Assembly (NCBI GenBank): GCA_035559595.1
Contig: DATMBF010000028.1
Coordinates: 23,864-87,863 of the forward strand
Reading direction: 5' to 3'
Source of the DNA: Bacteroidota bacterium
Lineage (GTDB): Bacteria; Bacteroidota; Ignavibacteria; UBA10030
Length of the DNA stretch: 64,000 nucleotides
Positions 29,466-39,903 of the stretch are shown piece by piece; position 1 is the stretch's first letter; each line of letters opens with the position of its first letter. The notes beneath the pieces were generated by a model. It did not search any database and was not told the DNA's origin. It worked only from the letters and a program-made list of their open reading frames with translations. The position numbers and the translations under genes were made by a program.

Positions 29466-30302
29466 TCATCCCTTTACGCTGCCTAAGGTAAGACCCGAAA
29501 CAAGCCACCGACTCAACGCAAGGAAGATGATAACAACGGGGATCATCACAACCAATGAGGCCGCACCGTAGAGACCCCATTGAGTGCTCATGCTTGCCTC
29601 GAAGGATTTCAACCCAAGCGGAAGCGTCCAGAGCCGACTGTCCTGAAGTATCTGAGCAGCGATGAGATACTCAGACCAGGCCGACATAAATGAAAAAAGG
29701 GCTGTGATAACAAGCGCGGGGGCGGCGAGCGGAAGGATTACCCTATAGAATGCGCCAAACTGTGAGCAGCCGTCAATTCGCGCCGCCTCTTCAAGACTCA
29801 CGGGGAGAGTGTCGTAGTAGCCTTTCATTGTCCAGATACAGAAGGGCAACGCGGTGGCGGAGTAAACAATGACGACGCCAAGATAGGTGTTGATGAGTCC
29901 CAGCTTGATAAGCATGATGTACATCGGGAGCAGGAGCATGGTGGCGGGAAACATCTGCGTTGTGAGCAGACTCAGCAGGCCAAAGTTCCGTCCGACAAAA
30001 CGGAAGCGAGAAAAGCCATAACCGGCCATGGAGGCCAACGCTACTCCTGTAAGTGTAACGGCAAGGGAGACCAGGCCACTATTTCCAATCCATACCAGGA
30101 AATCCGTTTCTGAAAAAAGCCGTAAATAGTTATCAAAACTGGCATTAGAAGGAATAAGCTCGAGTTTTGTGGAAAGAAGCTGATCACCTGGACGAAGAGA
30201 TATGTTAACGACCTGCCAGATCGGGAAGAGCGCAATCACGCAAAAAGCAACAAGGGTTAGATGTGTAAGGAGTCGAAACAATCTGTCTGTTCGCTTATTC
30301 AT
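29466..30302 (-). CDS. carbohydrate ABC transporter permease (MalG-like)
   Basis: 278 aa with 6 TM helices. The EAA loop (EEAARIDGCSQFGAFYRVILPLAAP) is typical of MalG/UgpE permeases. Confidence 0.85.
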   Translation of the reverse strand: MNKRTDRLFRLLTHLTLVAFCVIALFPIWQVVNISLRPGDQLLSTKLELIPSNASFDNYLRLFSETDFLVWIGNSGLVSLAVTLTGVALASMAGYGFSRFRFVGRNFGLLSLLTTQMFPATMLLLPMYIMLIKLGLINTYLGVVIVYSATALPFCIWTMKGYYDTLPVSLEEAARIDGCSQFGAFYRVILPLAAPALVITALFSFMSAWSEYLIAAQILQDSRLWTLPLGLKSFEASMSTQWGLYGAASLVVMIPVVIIFLALSRWLVSGLTLGSVKG

Positions 30303-30303
30303 C

Positions 30304-31191
30304 TTAGTAGGCGGCTTGTGTGGCCTTAGAGCGGTTCATGAATAACAGACTGAAAATCAAGAGAATAGCAAAGATCACCATAGAAAGAGCAGCAGCATGA
30401 CTGAAGCTGTAGAAATTGAAAGCCGCTTTGTAAACGAAAGAAACAAGGATATGCGTGTTGTCCGATGGCTCACCGGCGTTACTGACCAACCAGACAATAT
30501 TGAGGTTATTGAATGTCCAGATCGTCCCGAGCGTGATCGCAGGGATCATGATGGGTCGAATGAGTGGCAACGTAATGGCCTTGAGCTTATGCCACGCCCG
30601 TGCTCCGTCGAGATCCGCTGCCTCATACAGCTCTGCTGGAATGCTCTGGAGCGCACCCAGGGCAATAACCATCATAAAGGGGAATCCAAGCCAGACATTG
30701 GTCAGAATGCACGCTATAAACGCTTCTGTGGGGCTTTTTAGCCACTCCACAGCGGGCAATCCGAGATATTTGTTGATGATGATGTTCAGGGAGCCGTATT
30801 CGTAATTGAACATTCCCCGCCAGGTCAGTGCAACAATGTATTGGGGAATAGCCCAGGGAAGGATGAGGATGGTACGATAAATCGATCTACCTTTAATATT
30901 GCGATGCAGAAGCAGAGCCAGAAATACGCCGATGACCACATGGAAGAAGACATTGACAAAGGTCCAAACAAACGTCTTCCCGAGAATCGCGTAGAAACTC
31001 GGCTGACTCGGCTCGGTGAAGATCTTCACGTACTGACGCAAGCCGATCAGTTCCCAATCCCGAATCTTCGTCAGATTCATATTTCCGAAAGAAAGCAGAA
31101 CGTTGTAAGCAAAGGGATAGAAAACGACAGCAGCAAGGATAAGGAACGATGGAATAACAAGGAAGCCGACGAACAGTTTGTTTCTTTCCAC
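30304..31191 (-). CDS. carbohydrate ABC transporter permease (MalF-like)
   Basis: 295 aa. The EAA motif is YEAADLDGARAWHKLKAITLPLIRP. It lies 1 nt from the MalG-like gene. Confidence 0.8.
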   Translation of the reverse strand: MERNKLFVGFLVIPSFLILAAVVFYPFAYNVLLSFGNMNLTKIRDWELIGLRQYVKIFTEPSQPSFYAILGKTFVWTFVNVFFHVVIGVFLALLLHRNIKGRSIYRTILILPWAIPQYIVALTWRGMFNYEYGSLNIIINKYLGLPAVEWLKSPTEAFIACILTNVWLGFPFMMVIALGALQSIPAELYEAADLDGARAWHKLKAITLPLIRPIMIPAITLGTIWTFNNLNIVWLVSNAGEPSDNTHILVSFVYKAAFNFYSFSHAAALSMVIFAILLIFSLLFMNRSKATQAAY

Positions 31192-31195
31192 AGGT

Positions 31196-32443
31196 CTACT
31201 CGTTCATATCACGAATCTTTTGAAGGGCCAACAACTGCATTCTTTTTGCCGCCTCCTCTGGAGAAATTGCTCCCCCCATCACAGCCTGGTACCCCGGTCG
31301 CATTGCATCCCACACAGCGCGCATTTCTGGTACAACAGGCATTGCCTTCCCTCGCTGGATTTGAAGGAGGGAGTTCTTGAGAATTGGATTTGCTGTCACT
31401 TCCGGATTTAAGTAGAGGGATTTTCGTGTCGGCGCCGTGCTGAGGTTCCTTACCGTTTCGAGCTGGTTGGGCTCAGAGAGTAAGTATTTGAGCAGATCAG
31501 TCACTCGCGGTAACTTTTCGGGAGAGACATTGGCATTGATCGAATAGCCTTTTGGCGAGGTCATGGGGGCACACCATAAGCCCGTTTCATTGATTCGAGG
31601 CAGAGGAACAATTCCGATGTCGATCCCCCGCTGTTGATATCCAGCCCACGACCAATCCCCATTGATAATCATCGCTGCTTTTCCGTCTTTGAATAATGCG
31701 TCAGCGATCTCATAATCAGCTTCGTTCGGAATGATCTTATGCTCATCCCGGAGTCGTTTCACATACTTCAGTGCGTTCACCATCTCCGGCGTGTCAAGGG
31801 CAGGAGTGACCCCATCTTCTGCAAACACCCATCCTCCAAAGCCGGTAAAGAAGGGAATAAAGAAAAACGGTTCGGTATAATTCCAAGTAAGCGCGTACAC
31901 ATTTGGTCGGCCGCCCGTAAACCCGTATCGCTCCTGTATCTGCTTTCCCGCTTGAATTAATCCTTCGTCTTCCTCCGGCGGTGGGTCAAGATATTTCTTG
32001 TTATAGACAAGAGCAAGATGATTCCCAATCTTATCTGCAATCTGGAAGAGATGCCCCCGAAAGTATGTCATCCCGGACGAATCAAACTGAGCAAGGTATT
32101 CCGGCGACAAGATGTTTTCGAGCGGAAGAATCGTTTCCGTTACGGCGTAAACTCCTACCGGATCGGAAGGTCCATAGACAAGATCCGGTCCTTGTCCGGC
32201 GATCGAGGCAATGACATATCCGCTGCGTAACTCCTCGGTCTCTTTGTAAATCTCCACAACAACGACACCGGGATTCTGCAGCTCGTAGCGCCTCAGTTGC
32301 CTTTGGAGAATCTCGCGTTCATCGGGCCTCATCTGATGCCAGATGACAATTCTGTTGGTATTCTCTGTGTGCTGAGTACACGAAAAGGAAACAAAAATTG
32401 AAAGGAACGAGAGGAACCTGAAGATATTCCGAAGGTAAGGCAT
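31196..32443 (-). CDS. extracellular solute-binding protein, maltodextrin/oligosaccharide-binding (MalE-like) lipoprotein
   Basis: Start taken at internal Met 42 (MPYLRNIFRFLSFLSIFVSFSC), which gives a signal peptide with a lipobox. The rest resembles family 1 SBPs. The 41-aa extension in the track would lack a signal peptide. Confidence 0.75.
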   Translation of the reverse strand: MPYLRNIFRFLSFLSIFVSFSCTQHTENTNRIVIWHQMRPDEREILQRQLRRYELQNPGVVVVEIYKETEELRSGYVIASIAGQGPDLVYGPSDPVGVYAVTETILPLENILSPEYLAQFDSSGMTYFRGHLFQIADKIGNHLALVYNKKYLDPPPEEDEGLIQAGKQIQERYGFTGGRPNVYALTWNYTEPFFFIPFFTGFGGWVFAEDGVTPALDTPEMVNALKYVKRLRDEHKIIPNEADYEIADALFKDGKAAMIINGDWSWAGYQQRGIDIGIVPLPRINETGLWCAPMTSPKGYSINANVSPEKLPRVTDLLKYLLSEPNQLETVRNLSTAPTRKSLYLNPEVTANPILKNSLLQIQRGKAMPVVPEMRAVWDAMRPGYQAVMGGAISPEEAAKRMQLLALQKIRDMNE

Positions 32444-32447
32444 CCGA

Positions 32448-34739
32448 TTACAGCGTGCCGAACTTGTCCAACACGATGAGAGGTTTGCCGTCTTGTCGTT
32501 CGATACGCAACGATCGATTATGATACGGGAATTCTTCGCCGGGGTACCAGCTGCCTTCGGGACCACTGTTAGTGTACTTGTATTGGATTTCTATCCCCGC
32601 CGGCAACTTCAGCTCGAGACCCCAGATCCCATCGCCGGCCTGATCGTCGCCGTGAGTGCCGTCGTCAAACAATTGAACAAGGTTTGGTTTCCAGTTTCCG
32701 AGACTCGGATGGTTTCCCACAATGTAAAGAGCCTTCGGTACTTCCTTCCCACGTGCATCACAACGAAAGATCACGGGAACTAAGTCATCCGCACTTTGCG
32801 CCATTGTTCCTTGTTGCACACGCTGGTCGACTTTGGCATCCCTAATAATCGGCTCGAACTTGCGCTGCGGCATTCTTCCCCCCGCCAATCGTGCGAATCG
32901 ATAAACATTATTGAGATGCGTGATATAAGCGATATCGAACGGCTTATCCCCCGCCGGCGCGCTCTGATCTGTGCCATACCACCAGAACCAATCGGAGCCT
33001 TCAGCGGCATACATGGATTCCCATGCACGATAGGCATACCACTTCTTGGTGTTCTCCTTCGGCGACGGATCTTGAGGATCCGGGGGTTTGATTCCGGATT
33101 GCTCTAAATCTTGTCGGGCAATCAGGAGATACTCCCACGCTCGGTTCTCTTCATCTTCCCCGATCCATGTATCGTAGTTTGCGTTGATCCATGACCCGGG
33201 CCATAACCATTTCAACGTCGGCATCGACTCGATCGGATGCGCAGGGACGTTTCGTTGAGGGTTCCCTTTGATGTACTCCGTCATTGTGACTGTTATGACC
33301 TGCTTTGCTTCGTAAAGCTCGGTCAACTTCCTGTAGAGAGCATTCTGAAACTCTTTTGCATCATTATCATACCGATACCATTCCCACGCATTCTCGCCGT
33401 CAAGAATCACCGTCAACAACCTGTCCGGCTCATCTTCCTGCGGTGCATACTTCAGCACGTTCTGAACGAAATCCTGTGCCGCATCTTCACCCTTGAAATG
33501 CTGATAGACAAAGCCAATTTTATCCGAGAGCTCGGTATCGCGAAACACAATAGAAACAACGTTCTTCGAGGCGTGATCGGCTGAGAGAGAATAGGGATAA
33601 TACTTCGGTTGGTTCGGTGGCTTCGAACGAGCGAGAATTTTTTCATCTGTCGCGATCCACTTGATTCCGTGCCGTGCAAAAACCGGGACGAGGTCATGGG
33701 CGACGGAACCTTCGGCAGGCCACATTCCTGTTGGGAGCTGGCCAAACATGCGCTGGTAGTATGCCACGGCCTTTGCGACTTGCGCATCTGCGTCCTCCGG
33801 AAAATGAAAGCGGGGCGGCATGGGATCGTGAGGTTGGCATAATTTGGCAAGGTCGGAGTCATAGATCAAAGGTAAAATGGGGTGATAGAACGGCGTTGTA
33901 ATGACTTCAATTTGACCCTTGTAGGAAATCGGGTGATACATCAACTTCTTGTGGATAGGAATAATGTTTGCAAGAACCTTGTATGTCTCCGCGATCAGCC
34001 GATTACAGTCCTCTTCATCTATCACCTTCTTTAAGGCGTAGGTTCCGTTTGAACCCTTCACGACCAAATCGGTGAGATCAATGACATAGCCGTTCGCAAG
34101 CTTCTGCCGCGATTCCAAGAAATCCGGATCGAAGTATGCGAGATAGAACCAGAATTTGATCTCGCGTAACTGCTGCTCGCTCAAGCCTTCACCCTTTGAT
34201 TGTCTCGCCAATTCACGAAGAGCCTTGTAGGCTGGAAATCGCTCAATCATCACTTCGCTGACGCCAAACGCATTCCAGACATTGTGCAAGAGGAACTGAA
34301 GGTCCTTTTTGGTAAAGGAGCTCGTCGGTTTGAGCGCGAGGTCAATCCACGGATCAGTCTTTCCTTCACGTTCTGCGAAATACGCTTTTGCATCAACCCG
34401 ATTCTTCTTTACATCGACAAACGGCTTGAGTCGATTGACGTAGTACTCCTCAAGCTGGTAAAGAAGGGACGATGTAAGATTAACTGTGAAGTGGATTTTA
34501 GGGTATCGTTCCAGAATCGCCACCATATCGTAGTAATCTTTCGTCCCGTGGGTTCGTACCCATGGGCCTTGCAGTTGGTCGGTGCCGGGATCAAGGTATA
34601 ACGGTTGGTGTTGATGCCAGATGATATTGAGGTACAGAGGCTTGGTTTTCATTTGCGGTGTGTTGTTCGGAGATGCAAAGCTCAGCCAGTATGGAGCAAC
34701 ACTCACGGTAAGAAAAAGGCCGAGCTTTCGAATCACCAT
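32448..34739 (-). CDS. GH57 family alpha-glucan hydrolase/transferase with C-terminal starch-binding (CBM20-like) module
   Basis: The N-terminal signal is followed by NIIWHQHQP ... HGTKDYYDM, the GH57 region I/II signature. The C-terminal 100 aa (LYIVGNHPSLGNWKPNLVQLFDDGTHGDDQAGDGIWGLELKLPAGIEIQYKY) look like a CBM20/25-type module. Confidence 0.8.
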   Translation of the reverse strand: MVIRKLGLFLTVSVAPYWLSFASPNNTPQMKTKPLYLNIIWHQHQPLYLDPGTDQLQGPWVRTHGTKDYYDMVAILERYPKIHFTVNLTSSLLYQLEEYYVNRLKPFVDVKKNRVDAKAYFAEREGKTDPWIDLALKPTSSFTKKDLQFLLHNVWNAFGVSEVMIERFPAYKALRELARQSKGEGLSEQQLREIKFWFYLAYFDPDFLESRQKLANGYVIDLTDLVVKGSNGTYALKKVIDEEDCNRLIAETYKVLANIIPIHKKLMYHPISYKGQIEVITTPFYHPILPLIYDSDLAKLCQPHDPMPPRFHFPEDADAQVAKAVAYYQRMFGQLPTGMWPAEGSVAHDLVPVFARHGIKWIATDEKILARSKPPNQPKYYPYSLSADHASKNVVSIVFRDTELSDKIGFVYQHFKGEDAAQDFVQNVLKYAPQEDEPDRLLTVILDGENAWEWYRYDNDAKEFQNALYRKLTELYEAKQVITVTMTEYIKGNPQRNVPAHPIESMPTLKWLWPGSWINANYDTWIGEDEENRAWEYLLIARQDLEQSGIKPPDPQDPSPKENTKKWYAYRAWESMYAAEGSDWFWWYGTDQSAPAGDKPFDIAYITHLNNVYRFARLAGGRMPQRKFEPIIRDAKVDQRVQQGTMAQSADDLVPVIFRCDARGKEVPKALYIVGNHPSLGNWKPNLVQLFDDGTHGDDQAGDGIWGLELKLPAGIEIQYKYTNSGPEGSWYPGEEFPYHNRSLRIERQDGKPLIVLDKFGTL

Positions 34740-34745
34740 GCAGGT

Positions 34746-37556
34746 CTATTTCAAGAGCATAATCTTTTTCACAATCTGGACTTCGTTTGTCTGAAGACGT
34801 GCAAAGTACACACCCGATGCTGCTCTAGTGCCACGAGCTGTCAACGCATCCCAGTTTGCCTGATGCCTTCCCGGTTCCACCCATCCTTCCCTCAAGACGG
34901 CAACCTCTTCACCAAGCAGGTTGTAAATCTTCAGAGAAGCAAATGTCCGATTAGGAATCTCAAACTCGAACGTCGTCGACGGGTTGAAAGGATTTGGGTA
35001 GTTTTGATGAAGAGTGAACATTGTTGGTATTTTGCTAGCCATGCCCGGCACTCCAGTGGGCAAACCCAACATCGCATTGCTCATGTTAGAATAGATCTTT
35101 GCGGTATAGGGTGGGATGGCAAAACTCGAAACCATTGTATCGGAGATAGTTAGTGGAGTTTCGTCAAACACATCGTACCATGTCCCCGTTCCGAGCCACG
35201 GGACATTCGAAAGAGTCCTTTGGTTGCCTGTAAAATTCGCAAAGCACATAACTTTTGCTCCTGATGTCGAATCGACGAACCCCCACACGAGTGATTTGTT
35301 GGGATCGCTGCGCAGGAGCTTCTTCAAAGTTCCCCGAAAGAGAGCAGGATTATGAGTCCGCTGCCGAATAAGTGTTCGGTAGTAGTTGTAGTGTGAAATC
35401 CCACGTTCCTGGCCTAGATATGACGGCTGAACAGGTCGATAGGAAAGCCTTTCGCCCTCACTCAGCCAGCCTCTCGGCTCACTGAACTCCATCCCCTGCC
35501 AAAGCATTGGTATCCCGAGGGACGTAAACATCAACGTCGCATAAAGCTTATCGCGCTGCAAGGCCTCCGCAACCGTGACCAGGCGCGGTGCGTATCGCTC
35601 CATCTGAATGAGGAGAGATTGCTCATCGTGGTTCACAGTTGCCTTGACAGGCTCAGTTCGACTTCCATACGTGGACGGTTGAGATGGTGTATCGTTGCCG
35701 GGATAGGAACCAAGGTCAATAACCAAGTTTTCGATATCAATGAGCCTGGCCGATTCGTTATAGGATTCTTTGTTTAGAATCTCATCATGAAAGGCATCGG
35801 CCCAGCCGCTGGTAAGTCCGCTGTAATAGATGAGCGCTGGACTTTCCGGTAAATGCTCTGCAATCTGGTAGATCGAGTTGCCGTACTCCTGCGCAATTCT
35901 GTTTGTCCAACCAAGAATGCCCTTGTTCGGCTCATCGATCTTCCATCCGATTCCCTGAGTATAGTCGTAACGGAATCCATCAATCTTGTACACGTCGATC
36001 CACATTCTCAACGCCTCATAGACGATTTCTTGCGTCTCCTCCGTCCAATGGTCAATGTCTTTGAAAAAGATCAGCTGATCCTCATTGTAGCGCCAGTCCC
36101 CCGCAGCCTTGAAGTATGGATTTGCCCCCTCATCCGGCAGCATTGACCAGAGAGGACTTGTATCGTTGAGATGATTGAAAACCACATCGAGAATAACCGC
36201 AATCCCCAAGGCGTGAGCTGAATCAACAAGGGTCTTGAGATCCGCAGGAGTCCCGTACGCAGGTTCGATGGCAAAAAGGGAATTACTATCATATCCCCAG
36301 GAGAATCCTGATCTCCCGACATTACCGTAGTCCGTGATGGGCATCAGTTCCAAAGCATTGACACCAAGCGTATCGAAATAGACAAGTAGCGGCATAAGAT
36401 CACGCAGAGTACCTTGTCCCGCCGATTTGTTCAGAAATCCACCTGTAAACTCACCGACATTGAGCTCATAGATGACCAATTTTTCTAACGGTGGACGCTG
36501 ATACGATATGGATTTCCAAACGTAGTCATCGGCGGTGAGACCGGCCTGTCCAACGGTGAATCTGCTCCCCCTGTCACCGTTCCAGCGCCCCCATGGGTCG
36601 TAGATCCGTCTTCCGTCATCAAGCTCATATAGATACTCGTAGGTGTTATTCGGCAGCTTCAGATTGATCCACCAGTTCACGCTGTCTGCTTTGCGAAGAA
36701 CAACAGGTGAAGCTAATGCCGGATCTTGACCGAGGGGAGCATAGCGCAACAAGACGTATTGCTTTCCCGGTACACGGAGGCGAAACGTCACCGAGTCCCC
36801 TGAGATTTGCGTTGGCAATGTTACACCGTGTTTTGCATACGATGGCAACGGCATCGAAGGTACCACAATTCCACCAGTAGAATACACGACAGAATCACCC
36901 CGATTATTGTGCGCTACAAGTCTGACGTAATACAACCTTGGAATCGGGCTTGGCAAAACAGCATCCAATATTCTAATGGCTCGATCGTAGTTGCCCGTGA
37001 CATCAATTGTTGAGAGCGAGTCGACCGCTGATTGGCCGGTGGAAAGTTTAATCGATGTAATTGAATCGCTGTTGGCGTGAAAAAGTCCGATGGTGATTCT
37101 GATTATCTGGTTGCTGGCATTCAGGGTTGGAAAATACTCAAAGAAGAAAAGTCGGCTTAAACGGAGAACGGAATTGTTATTGTCCGCGGCGTTCGTTTCT
37201 GGGTTCAAAGGATCGCTATACCAGCAGGTCGAACAACCCCCGTCGTTAAATTTATATTGAAGGGCAGAATCACCGAGAGACGGCGATTGCCTCCCTACAG
37301 CATGAATCTTGAAGGTATAGGTCTTCGTCCAAGCATTCAGGGGGGCGTCAAAGATCATTTGTGACGCAGCGCCATTACTGATCACTCCGTTCGTGTTTGG
37401 ACCCCAACTATTAAACTCACCTGGAACGAAGAGCAAGCTTGTGGAGGGTTTGTGCGCTCGGAAGGTTACCGTCACGCTATCCGCTGATGTTTGGCTCAGC
37501 AAATCAACTGCAAAAAACGAAAACACGATGAGTGGAACAAATCGGTTTGGATTCAT
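34746..37556 (-). CDS. GH13 pullulanase/amylase-like enzyme with N-terminal CBM and T9SS C-terminal sorting domain
   Basis: GH13 regions DVVFNHL, GFRYDYTQG and EHLPES are present. The N-terminal module (FVPGEFNSWGP) is a CBM48/41-like fold. The C-terminus (NYPNPFNPSTTFEFEIP ... GVYFARLQ ... KKIMLLK) is a type IX secretion CTD. Confidence 0.8.
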   Translation of the reverse strand: MNPNRFVPLIVFSFFAVDLLSQTSADSVTVTFRAHKPSTSLLFVPGEFNSWGPNTNGVISNGAASQMIFDAPLNAWTKTYTFKIHAVGRQSPSLGDSALQYKFNDGGCSTCWYSDPLNPETNAADNNNSVLRLSRLFFFEYFPTLNASNQIIRITIGLFHANSDSITSIKLSTGQSAVDSLSTIDVTGNYDRAIRILDAVLPSPIPRLYYVRLVAHNNRGDSVVYSTGGIVVPSMPLPSYAKHGVTLPTQISGDSVTFRLRVPGKQYVLLRYAPLGQDPALASPVVLRKADSVNWWINLKLPNNTYEYLYELDDGRRIYDPWGRWNGDRGSRFTVGQAGLTADDYVWKSISYQRPPLEKLVIYELNVGEFTGGFLNKSAGQGTLRDLMPLLVYFDTLGVNALELMPITDYGNVGRSGFSWGYDSNSLFAIEPAYGTPADLKTLVDSAHALGIAVILDVVFNHLNDTSPLWSMLPDEGANPYFKAAGDWRYNEDQLIFFKDIDHWTEETQEIVYEALRMWIDVYKIDGFRYDYTQGIGWKIDEPNKGILGWTNRIAQEYGNSIYQIAEHLPESPALIYYSGLTSGWADAFHDEILNKESYNESARLIDIENLVIDLGSYPGNDTPSQPSTYGSRTEPVKATVNHDEQSLLIQMERYAPRLVTVAEALQRDKLYATLMFTSLGIPMLWQGMEFSEPRGWLSEGERLSYRPVQPSYLGQERGISHYNYYRTLIRQRTHNPALFRGTLKKLLRSDPNKSLVWGFVDSTSGAKVMCFANFTGNQRTLSNVPWLGTGTWYDVFDETPLTISDTMVSSFAIPPYTAKIYSNMSNAMLGLPTGVPGMASKIPTMFTLHQNYPNPFNPSTTFEFEIPNRTFASLKIYNLLGEEVAVLREGWVEPGRHQANWDALTARGTRAASGVYFARLQTNEVQIVKKIMLLK

Positions 37557-37562
37557 TGTGAT

Positions 37563-37742
37563 TTAGAACAGCGTATAGATGAACGGAGCAAGGGCAGAAC
37601 CTTCGGTCACAACAATGAAAATGCCCAGCAAGAGGAAAAACGCGATGATCGGTCCGAGCCACCACTTCTTTCTCATACGCATAAACGCCCACAACTCGGA
37701 AAAAATCTCCAATCGATCCTTAATACTCTTGAAGAATCTCAT
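37563..37742 (-). CDS. DUF5989 small membrane protein (SxtK-like), carbamoyltransferase-associated
   Basis: MRFFKSIKDRLEIFSELWAFMRMRKKWWLGPIIAFFLLLGIFIVVTEGSALAPFIYTLF matches the DUF5989 consensus. Start is at internal Met, 4 nt after the carbamoyltransferase stop. Confidence 0.7.
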   Translation of the reverse strand: MRFFKSIKDRLEIFSELWAFMRMRKKWWLGPIIAFFLLLGIFIVVTEGSALAPFIYTLF

Positions 37743-37746
37743 CTTT

Positions 37747-39483
37747 TTAGTCCGGTTCGAACTGTTCCACAAGCTCTTCACGTTTAACGTGACCCATCGA
37801 TTCTTTCTCAACAATGAAACTTCCCATGACCAAGCAATCCATTTCTGTTCTTATGAAACACCGCCAGGCCTCTTCAGGGGAGCAAACAATCGGTTCCCCG
37901 CGTACGTTAAACGATGTATTGATGACAACGGGGCAACCGGTTTGGCGTTCGAATTCCGCAATCAGATCGTAAAAAAGAGGATTTTGGTTTCGCGAGATCG
38001 TTTGCAACCTCGCAGAGCCGTCTACATGTGTAACCGCGGGGATTGTCCTTCGATCTTTTCGTACCTGTGCTACAAAGAGCATAAAGGGACTGGGCCGGTC
38101 CCAATCGAAGAAGTTAGAGGTCTTTTCCTCGAGAACTGTTGGTGCAAAAGGGCGAAAGCTTTCGCGGAATTTGATCTTGAGGTTGACAATGGACTGATTC
38201 CTGGGGTTTCGCGCATCGGCAAGGATACTTCTGTTTCCAAGCGCACGGGGGCCGAATTCCATCCTGCCTTGAAACCAGCCAACCACTTTTTGTTCAGAAA
38301 TAAGCCGCGCAGTCTCCGACAATAACGTCTGCCGGTCGCATCGTGTGTATCGGACACCTTTGCTCTCCAACAGTCTCTCAATCTCACTGTCCGAATATTC
38401 GGGGCCAAAATAGGCGTGGTTCATCACAAATTGGCGCGGCTTCTGCAAGACTGTATTATAAACATAGAATGCTGCACCTAATGCTCCGCCTGCATCTCCG
38501 GCGGCCGGCTGAACAAACACATCTTCGAAATCGGCTTGCTCAAGCACCTTGGAGTTGGATACACAATTCAAGGCAACACCCCCTGCCATGCAAAGCTTTC
38601 TCGCTTTTGTCTGCCGTCGCGCCTGTCTCACCATAGCAACGACCACGGTGTCCGTTACTTTCTGAAGTGATGCCGCGATATCTTTGTGAAACTGCGTCAG
38701 TGGAGTTTCGGGCAACCGTCGGGGATGGCCGAAGAACCGCTCGAACTTCCTCCCCACCATCGTCAAACCGTAATGGTAGGTGAAATACTTCATGTTGAGC
38801 CTGAAACTCCCGTCGTCGTACAAGTGCACCATGTTCGTCATAATGGTTTCATAGTACCGGGGCTCCCCATAGGGTGCCAATCCCATTACTTTATACTCGG
38901 CGCTATTCACACGAAATCCAAGATAATATGTAAAGGCTGAGTACAGAAGACCCAAAGAATGAGGGAAGTGTGTTGCGCAGAGTAGTTTGATGTCCGTCCC
39001 CGAGCCTTTGCCCACTGTCGACGTTTCCCATTCCCCAACCCCATCGATTGTGAGAATCGCCGCCTCCTCATAGGGGGAGACGAGAAAAGCACTCGCTGCA
39101 TGAGACAGGTGATGTTCCGCAAACAAGATTTCCCCTTCGAAGGAGAGTTTCTCTCGGATCGTCTGTGGGATCCACATCTTTTCCTTCAGCCAGACTGGAA
39201 GTGCTTTAAGGAATGTCGGAAGCCCGCGTGGAAACGTGGCAATCGACGTTAGGAGAATCCGCTCCATCTTTACGAGTGGCTTGTCGTAAAAAACAACATA
39301 GTCCAAATCGCTCGGCGAAATCCCGGCGGCATCGAGACAATAACGTACGGCGTGGAAGGGAAAGGAAGGATCGTGCCTCTTGCGGGTAAATCGCTCTTCC
39401 TGGGCAGCCGAAAGAAGCACACCATCGCGGATCAGAGCGGCCGCAGCATCGTGATAGAAGCAGGAAATTCCTAGGATATTCAT
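37747..39483 (-). CDS. carbamoyltransferase (NodU/CmcH/SxtI family)
   Basis: 578 aa. The N-terminus MNILGISCFYHDAAAALIRDGVLLSAAQEERFTR is the conserved carbamoyltransferase N-domain. A C-terminal YrdC-like/Kae1-like fold follows. Confidence 0.85.
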   Translation of the reverse strand: MNILGISCFYHDAAAALIRDGVLLSAAQEERFTRKRHDPSFPFHAVRYCLDAAGISPSDLDYVVFYDKPLVKMERILLTSIATFPRGLPTFLKALPVWLKEKMWIPQTIREKLSFEGEILFAEHHLSHAASAFLVSPYEEAAILTIDGVGEWETSTVGKGSGTDIKLLCATHFPHSLGLLYSAFTYYLGFRVNSAEYKVMGLAPYGEPRYYETIMTNMVHLYDDGSFRLNMKYFTYHYGLTMVGRKFERFFGHPRRLPETPLTQFHKDIAASLQKVTDTVVVAMVRQARRQTKARKLCMAGGVALNCVSNSKVLEQADFEDVFVQPAAGDAGGALGAAFYVYNTVLQKPRQFVMNHAYFGPEYSDSEIERLLESKGVRYTRCDRQTLLSETARLISEQKVVGWFQGRMEFGPRALGNRSILADARNPRNQSIVNLKIKFRESFRPFAPTVLEEKTSNFFDWDRPSPFMLFVAQVRKDRRTIPAVTHVDGSARLQTISRNQNPLFYDLIAEFERQTGCPVVINTSFNVRGEPIVCSPEEAWRCFIRTEMDCLVMGSFIVEKESMGHVKREELVEQFEPD

Positions 39484-39502
39484 CGTCTTCCGAAGTACTT
39501 CA

Positions 39503-39799
39503 TCAGAATTGGTGCCGGCATTCGTCGAGCGAATGGGCTAACGACTCCTTCTGCTTCCAGGAGGTTCCATCCTTCTTTATCGACCTATCCAGGAAGTCCT
39601 TGCGGAAGATGACGGCGACCAGTTTGGCGGGACCAATGATGAAGAGATATGCAAGCGTGAGGAGAATTCTCGTATTCACAAATCCCAACAGTTGCGCGAA
39701 TCGCATCCACGCCGCGTACAGTTTCTTGCCGATCGATTCCATCGTTGAGAAAATCATATCGATGATCGTTAAGATAAGCAAAGAGTAAAGGATAAGCAA
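39503..39799 (-). CDS. SxtJ-like small membrane protein
   Basis: 98 aa. WMRFAQLLGFVNTRILLTLAYLFIIGPAKLV resembles the SxtJ family proteins encoded next to carbamoyltransferases. Confidence 0.5.
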   Translation of the reverse strand: MLILYSLLILTIIDMIFSTMESIGKKLYAAWMRFAQLLGFVNTRILLTLAYLFIIGPAKLVAVIFRKDFLDRSIKKDGTSWKQKESLAHSLDECRHQF

Positions 39800-39903
39800 C
39801 GACTGGGCAGATCATCCTTTTTCCTTTCTCATTTTCATCGTACATTCGTGTGGGTGGCAAAGCGAATCCTGGAAACAGGTGTGGAAATTTCTTTCCTGCA
39901 CTT

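Noticed and set aside
37579-38325. 248-aa plus-strand ORF opposite the carbamoyltransferase / DUF5989 genes
   Set aside because: Overlaps two well-supported minus-strand genes. Antisense artefact.
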